Part shown: one piece after another, positions 59,758-64,000 of the stretch
Position numbering within the stretch: position 1 is the stretch's first letter
Layout of the letters: each line of letters starts with the position of its first letter
Assembly: GCA_963839715.1 (NCBI GenBank)
Contig: CAWIVX010000006.1
Location: forward strand, 305,616 to 369,615
DNA length: 64,000 bases
Origin: an uncultured Actinomycetota bacterium
GTDB taxonomy: Bacteria > Actinomycetota > Actinomycetes > Actinomycetales > Microbacteriaceae
Direction of reading: 5' to 3'
Notes under the pieces: generated by a model
What the model was told of the DNA's origin: nothing
Database searches by the model: none
The model's input: only the letters and a program-made list of their open reading frames with translations
Program-made: the position numbers and the translations under genes

Positions 59758-60456
59758 TCACGCGCCGGTGCGCTCCCGGGGGGCAGGCAGCTGGTCGTCC
59801 TCATAGACGTTGAAGCGGTAGCCGACGTTGCGGACGGTGCCGATCAGCTGCTCGAGGTCGCCGAGCTTGGCGCGGAGCCGTCGCACGTGGACATCGACGG
59901 TGCGCGTCCCGCCGAAGTAGTCGTATCCCCACACCTCGCTGAGCAGCTGCTCGCGGGTGAAGACGCGGGAGGGATGAGTGGCGAAGAAGTGCAGGAGCTG
60001 GAACTCCTTGTACGTCAGATCCAGGGGTTTGCCGTGCACCTTGGCGGAGTACGACGACTCGTCGATCGTGATCCCGGAGGTCTGGATGCGCGTGGAGACC
60101 TGGTCCTTCGTCATGCGGCCGATCGCCAGACGCACGCGCGCGTCGACCTCGGCCGGACCGGCCGTGACGAGGATGACATCGTCCACGCCCCAGTCCGTGG
60201 AGACGGCGGTGAGCCCGCCCTCGGTGACCACGAGCATGAGGGGGGCGTCGAGTCCCGTGGTGTTCAGGATCTTGCAGAGCGACTTCGCACCCACGAGGTC
60301 GACACGGGCGTCGACGAAGATGATGTCGGCACTGGGAGCGTTCACCAGCTGCGCAGGTTCGGCCGGGATCTGCCGCACTCGATGGCTCAGCAGCTCGAGC
60401 GAGGGCAGGACAGGACCGCCACCATGTGCTGAGCTCAGAACGAGAAGCTGTGCCAA
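59758..60456 (-). CDS. glnR: Orphan OmpR-family response regulator, GlnR-like
   Basis: Atypical receiver ([15 protein letters not shown]) and w[40 protein letters not shown] start after GGAGG. Confidence 0.85.
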   Translation of the reverse strand: MAQLLVLSSAHGGGPVLPSLELLSHRVRQIPAEPAQLVNAPSADIIFVDARVDLVGAKSLCKILNTTGLDAPLMLVVTEGGLTAVSTDWGVDDVILVTAGPAEVDARVRLAIGRMTKDQVSTRIQTSGITIDESSYSAKVHGKPLDLTYKEFQLLHFFATHPSRVFTREQLLSEVWGYDYFGGTRTVDVHVRRLRAKLGDLEQLIGTVRNVGYRFNVYEDDQLPAPRERTGA

Positions 60457-60604
60457 GAACGCCGTCCTCCCGGCGCAGGGGGAGCGCCGTCGGACCAGTT
60501 TAGGGCTTCGGAGCGGATCGATTCGATTCGGGTGTCCTCGCGATTCGTCCGCGCCGGCGCGGGGCACGCGTGCGTCGCAGGCTCTTCTGCGGGAGAATGG
60601 CGGT

Positions 60605-60895
60605 GTGACCGTCCCCGAACTCGCCCCCCGCCGCACGTTCGGCGGTGTGATCGCCGTCTGGGTGGTCGCCGCTCTGATCGGCATCTCGATCGGCCTGTTC
60701 GTTCCTTCCGAGTGGCGCGCGGCGTGGCTCACGGTCGGGTTCGGCGGCTGCCTCGTCCTCGCCTTCGCGATCCAGCTGTGGTTCGGCCGGTCGCAGGGAT
60801 TCACCGATCGTGTCGCAGCCAGCGTGCTCGGAGCGCTGCTGGTGATGGGCTTCATCAGCCTCGGCTTCGGGCTGTCGTCGATCGTTCCCGGCTAG
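60605..60895 (+). CDS. Small 3-TM hypothetical protein
   Basis: Three hydrophobic helices, FAIQL, GF..R. Confidence 0.7.
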   Translation: MTVPELAPRRTFGGVIAVWVVAALIGISIGLFVPSEWRAAWLTVGFGGCLVLAFAIQLWFGRSQGFTDRVAASVLGALLVMGFISLGFGLSSIVPG

Positions 60896-60904
60896 ACTTG
60901 CCGC

Positions 60905-61018
60905 ATGGATCTCGTCGCGCTCGAACTGTTCTATCTGGGCCTTCTCGGGCTCGCGTCGCTCGCGATCGCGTTCGTGTCCGTCGTCGTGCTCAAGAACCTC
61001 TATCGCGGCCAGCGCTGA
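60905..61018 (+). CDS. 37-aa single-TM microprotein
   Basis: MDLVALELFYLGLLGLASLAIAFVSVVVLKNLYRGQR*. -10 TAGACT 6 nt upstream. High GC3. Confidence 0.72.
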   Translation: MDLVALELFYLGLLGLASLAIAFVSVVVLKNLYRGQR

Positions 61019-61032
61019 CCGGCGGTCGCGTC

Positions 61033-61656
61033 GTGTTCGACCTTCCGACGGATCTGCCCGCCGACCTCGCCCCGCTGTCGTGGCTGATCGGCGTCTGGGA
61101 GGGCACCGGCGTCATCGACTACGAGGTGGGCGACCACCGCTACGCGGGTGAGTTCCTCCACCGCGTGAGCTTCAGCCACGACGGCGGCAACTATCTGAAC
61201 TACTCCGCGAGCGCCTGGCTCCTCGGCGACGCGCACGCCTCCGAGGAGGGTGAGAGCGGGCGGACTCCGCTCGTCGCGGAGGTGGGGTACTGGCGCCTGT
61301 CCCGCGCAGGCGACGGACGCCGAAGCCGGGCCCGGTCTGCTGCCACCCCTCGAGCCGCCCGTGGCGCGCTCGGCCGACGACGTCGAGCAGCTGCGCAACC
61401 CCGAGGGCGGTTTCGACATCGAGGTGTCGGTCATCCACTCCGACGGCGTGAGCGAGCTGTACCTCGGGCAGATCCGCGGGCCGCGGATCGACTGGCCACG
61501 GATGCCGTCGTGCGAACGGCCGGCACGAAGGTGTACGCGGCGGCCACGCGCATGTACGGCCTCGTCGATGCCCATCTGCTCTGGGCGTGGGACATCGCGG
61601 CGCTCGGTCGCGACCTCGGTTCGCACGCGTCGGCGCGTCTCGCGCGGGTGGACTGA
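61033..61656 (+). CDS. Nitrobindin/FABP-like protein (DUF1794, Rv0813c-like); compensating frameshifts near 61308 and 61492
   Basis: PLSWLIGVWEG.G, E.GYWR, RMYGLV, SH.SA.L.R. Confidence 0.85.
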   Translation: MFDLPTDLPADLAPLSWLIGVWEGTGVIDYEVGDHRYAGEFLHRVSFSHDGGNYLNYSASAWLLGDAHASEEGESGRTPLVAEVGYWRLSRAGDGRRSRARSAATPRAARGALGRRRRAAAQPRGRFRHRGVGHPLRRRERAVPRADPRAADRLATDAVVRTAGTKVYAAATRMYGLVDAHLLWAWDIAALGRDLGSHASARLARVD

Positions 61657-62761
61657 TGGCCGGGATCTTCGCTCGCGTACCGGGCGCCGTGGTGGACGAG
61701 ACCGGCCTGCAGCACCTCGGCAGCCCGCTCGGCGAACAGCGGGCGCTCGCCGCGGGGCGCGCGCGTGGCACCTCTCGGCGATCGTTCGGTCCTGGCCGTG
61801 CCGGGCGAGGACAGGCTGTCATGGCTCGACTCGCTCACCTCGCAGGGCCTCACCCGCCTCGCGCCGGGCGAGAGCACCGAACTGCTGGTGCTCGACCCGC
61901 ACGGGCACGTCGAGCACGCGGCATCCGTCCTCGACGACGGCGAGACGACGTGGCTCATCGTGGATCGAGCGGATGCCGAGGGGCTGCTGTCCTGGCTGCG
62001 CAAGATGCGCTTCCGTCTGCGCGTCGACCCGCGGGATGCCGATCAGGAGTACGCCGTGATCGGCGGGGCGCGCGCCGCGATCGCGGCCGTCGATGCGGCG
62101 GCGCCCGCGGGACTGCCGCTCGTGTGGACCGACCCCTGGCCGCGCGTATCGGTCGGCGGCCACGGGTACGCGACCGTCGACCCGCACCCGGCCGCCGGGC
62201 GCGATTGGGCCGAGGCGATCGTGACTCGCGCCGAGGAGCAGCGGATCGCCGACGCCGCAGCACAGGGCGAGATCGCCCTCGCCGGGCTCGTCGCGGTCGA
62301 AGCTCTCCGGGTCGCGCGCATGGCGCCCGCGGTGGTCGACGGAGGTCGACGACCGGGCGCTCCCGCACGAGCTGGACTGGCTCCGAACCGCGGTGCACCT
62401 GGAGAAGGGCTGCTATCGCGGCCAGGAGACCGTCGCCAAGGTGCACAATCTCGGTCATCCGCCCCGCCGCATCGTGGCGCTCCAACTCGATGGGAGTGAC
62501 TCGCTGTCTGCCGTCGCACGGCGACGAGGTGTTCGCGGGAGAGAACGCCGTCGGCGTGGTCACATCGGCGGCCCTTCACTTCGAGGAGGGCCCGATCGCG
62601 CTGGCGGTCGTGCGCCGCAGCACCCCGACCGACGCGCCGCTGCTCGGTCCGCACAGCCGACGGCGACATCGTCGGCGGCGCAGGAGGTCATCGTCCCGCC
62701 CGAGGCCGGAGCCACCGCCAACGTCCCCCGTCTTCCCCGGCTCGGGCGCCGAGCCGGCTGA
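61656..62761 (+). CDS. ygfZ: Folate-binding protein YgfZ; several apparent frameshifts
   Basis: G.DRLSWL, LDPHG.VEH, VHLEKGCYRGQETVAKV, GPIALA. Confidence 0.88.
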
Positions 62762-62768
62762 GGGCGCC

Positions 62769-63877
62769 GTGGGCGAGACCCCCGAGCCGACCACGACGGT
62801 GATCGCCACCGGATGGCGCAGCCGCATCGATCCGCGCCGCGGTCTCGCGCGCGTGCAGCATTCGTCGATCGCGATCCTCCAGATCGTGGTGGCGGCGACC
62901 GGCGCGTACGCCTTCGCCGCGTACGTGCTGGGTCACCCGGCGCCGCTGCTGGCGGCCACCGTCTGCGTCTCGAGCCTCGGACTCGTGCGCGACGCGCGTC
63001 CGCGGCGCGTGCTCGAGACCGTGCTCGGGCATGCTGGTGGGCATCCTGGTGGCCGAGCTGCTCCTGCTCACGGCAGGCTCGGGATGGTGGCAGCTCGCAC
63101 TGGCGCTGGGCGTCACCCTCATCGTGGCCCGGTTCCTCTCGGCCCAGGCGAGCTTCGCGATCGCCGCCGCCATCCAGGCGCTGATCGTCATGGTGATCCC
63201 CGCCGCCTCGCCGTTCGTGCGCCTGCTCGACGGCATCGTGGGCGGCATCGCGGCGCTGCTCGTGACCGCTCTCATTCCGCGCACGCTGCAGCGCGACGAG
63301 GCGCGGTCGGGAGTCGCGGTCTTCAAGGCGCTCGATTCGGCGATGGGCACGCTCGCGCAGGCGCTGCGCCGCGGCGACCGTCTCCGCGCCGAGCGCGGGC
63401 TGGAGAAGGCCAGGGCCCTCCAGCCGCTCGTGGACGCGTGGGGGACGACCCTGGACTCGGGCCTTGCGATCGCGCGCATCTCGCCCTTCCTGAGGCGGCA
63501 GCGCTCCGAGCTCCAGCGCCACGAGCGCATCCGCCAGTCCACGGATCTCGCCACGCGCAACGTCCGAGTGATCGCACGCAGGGTGGTGTATCTGTGCGAC
63601 GACGGCGTGCCGCGGCCGGTCGCCGCCGACGCTGCTCGGCGACCTCGCCCGGGCGGCCGAGCTCGTCTCGCAGTCGCTCACCGACATCTCGCTCGAGCCG
63701 GTCGCGCGCGAAGCCGTGCGAGCCGTGGCCGGGCGGCTCGATCCCGCCGTGCTCCAGCCGGACGCGTCGCTGGGTGACCAGAACCTCCTCGCCGCGCTGC
63801 GGCCGCTCGCCGTCGACCTGCTGACGGCGACGGGCATGTCCAGCGCAGAAGCGCGGGCCTGCGTCCCGCGGATCTGA
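62769..63877 (+). CDS. FUSC/aromatic acid exporter family membrane protein; apparent frameshifts near 63030 and 63635
   Basis: A...LGH..P.LAA, RLLDG.VG, D.A.RNVRV.ARR. Confidence 0.8.
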
Positions 63878-63972
63878 CAGTCATCAACGCGGAGCGACGA
63901 GCCCCGTGATGCCAGGGTGCCGGCGGACGTCCGGCGCCGGGAGGGGTTCGCCGCCGTCGCTATCATGGGGCC

Positions 63973-64000
63973 ATGACCGAGACCTCCACGCTGATCCTCC
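63973..64000 (+). CDS. gpmA: Start of a probable phosphoglycerate mutase (truncated by the window end)
   Basis: MTETSTLIL resembles the TLILLRHG N-terminus, -10 TATCAT 6 nt upstream, usual synteny. Only 9 codons are visible. Confidence 0.45.

Overview
High-GC (~70%) actinobacterial chromosome, almost certainly Microbacteriaceae (Microbacterium-like), made up mostly of core genes. Order: moxR fragment, a lipoprotein-like/DUF5671 pair, SRP RNA, nudK, pta-ackA, beta-PGM/GH65, dnaX-recR, an EF-G paralog, ask-asd-mqo, tdk, galE, lldR-lldD, tRNA-Pro, ponA, acs, a 6C RNA, a minimal Tad/Flp pilus cluster, topA-tmk-holB, tRNA-Thr, tRNA-Lys, a fasciclin/sigK/rskA module, pstSCAB, mutT1, ppk, glnR, a nitrobindin-like gene, ygfZ, FUSC and the start of gpmA. 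I found no transposase, integrase, prophage, CRISPR or defence island. About 14 genes, some of them core, carry small frameshifts that look like assembly indels. The most interesting signals are not protein-coding: (1) a 78-nt promoter-equipped multibranch RNA abutting an uncharacterised gene at 51.3 kb; (2) a strongly iterated, non-polarised GGATGCC/GGCATCC motif (about 80 copies by eye); (3) a 6C RNA directly upstream of the Tad cluster; (4) a 160-nt tetraloop-rich element after tRNA-Lys; (5) a 37-aa membrane microprotein. LldR, PHO-box and SigK sites and pervasive leaderless promoters are also readable. All calls come from motif recognition and gene context; no searches were run.
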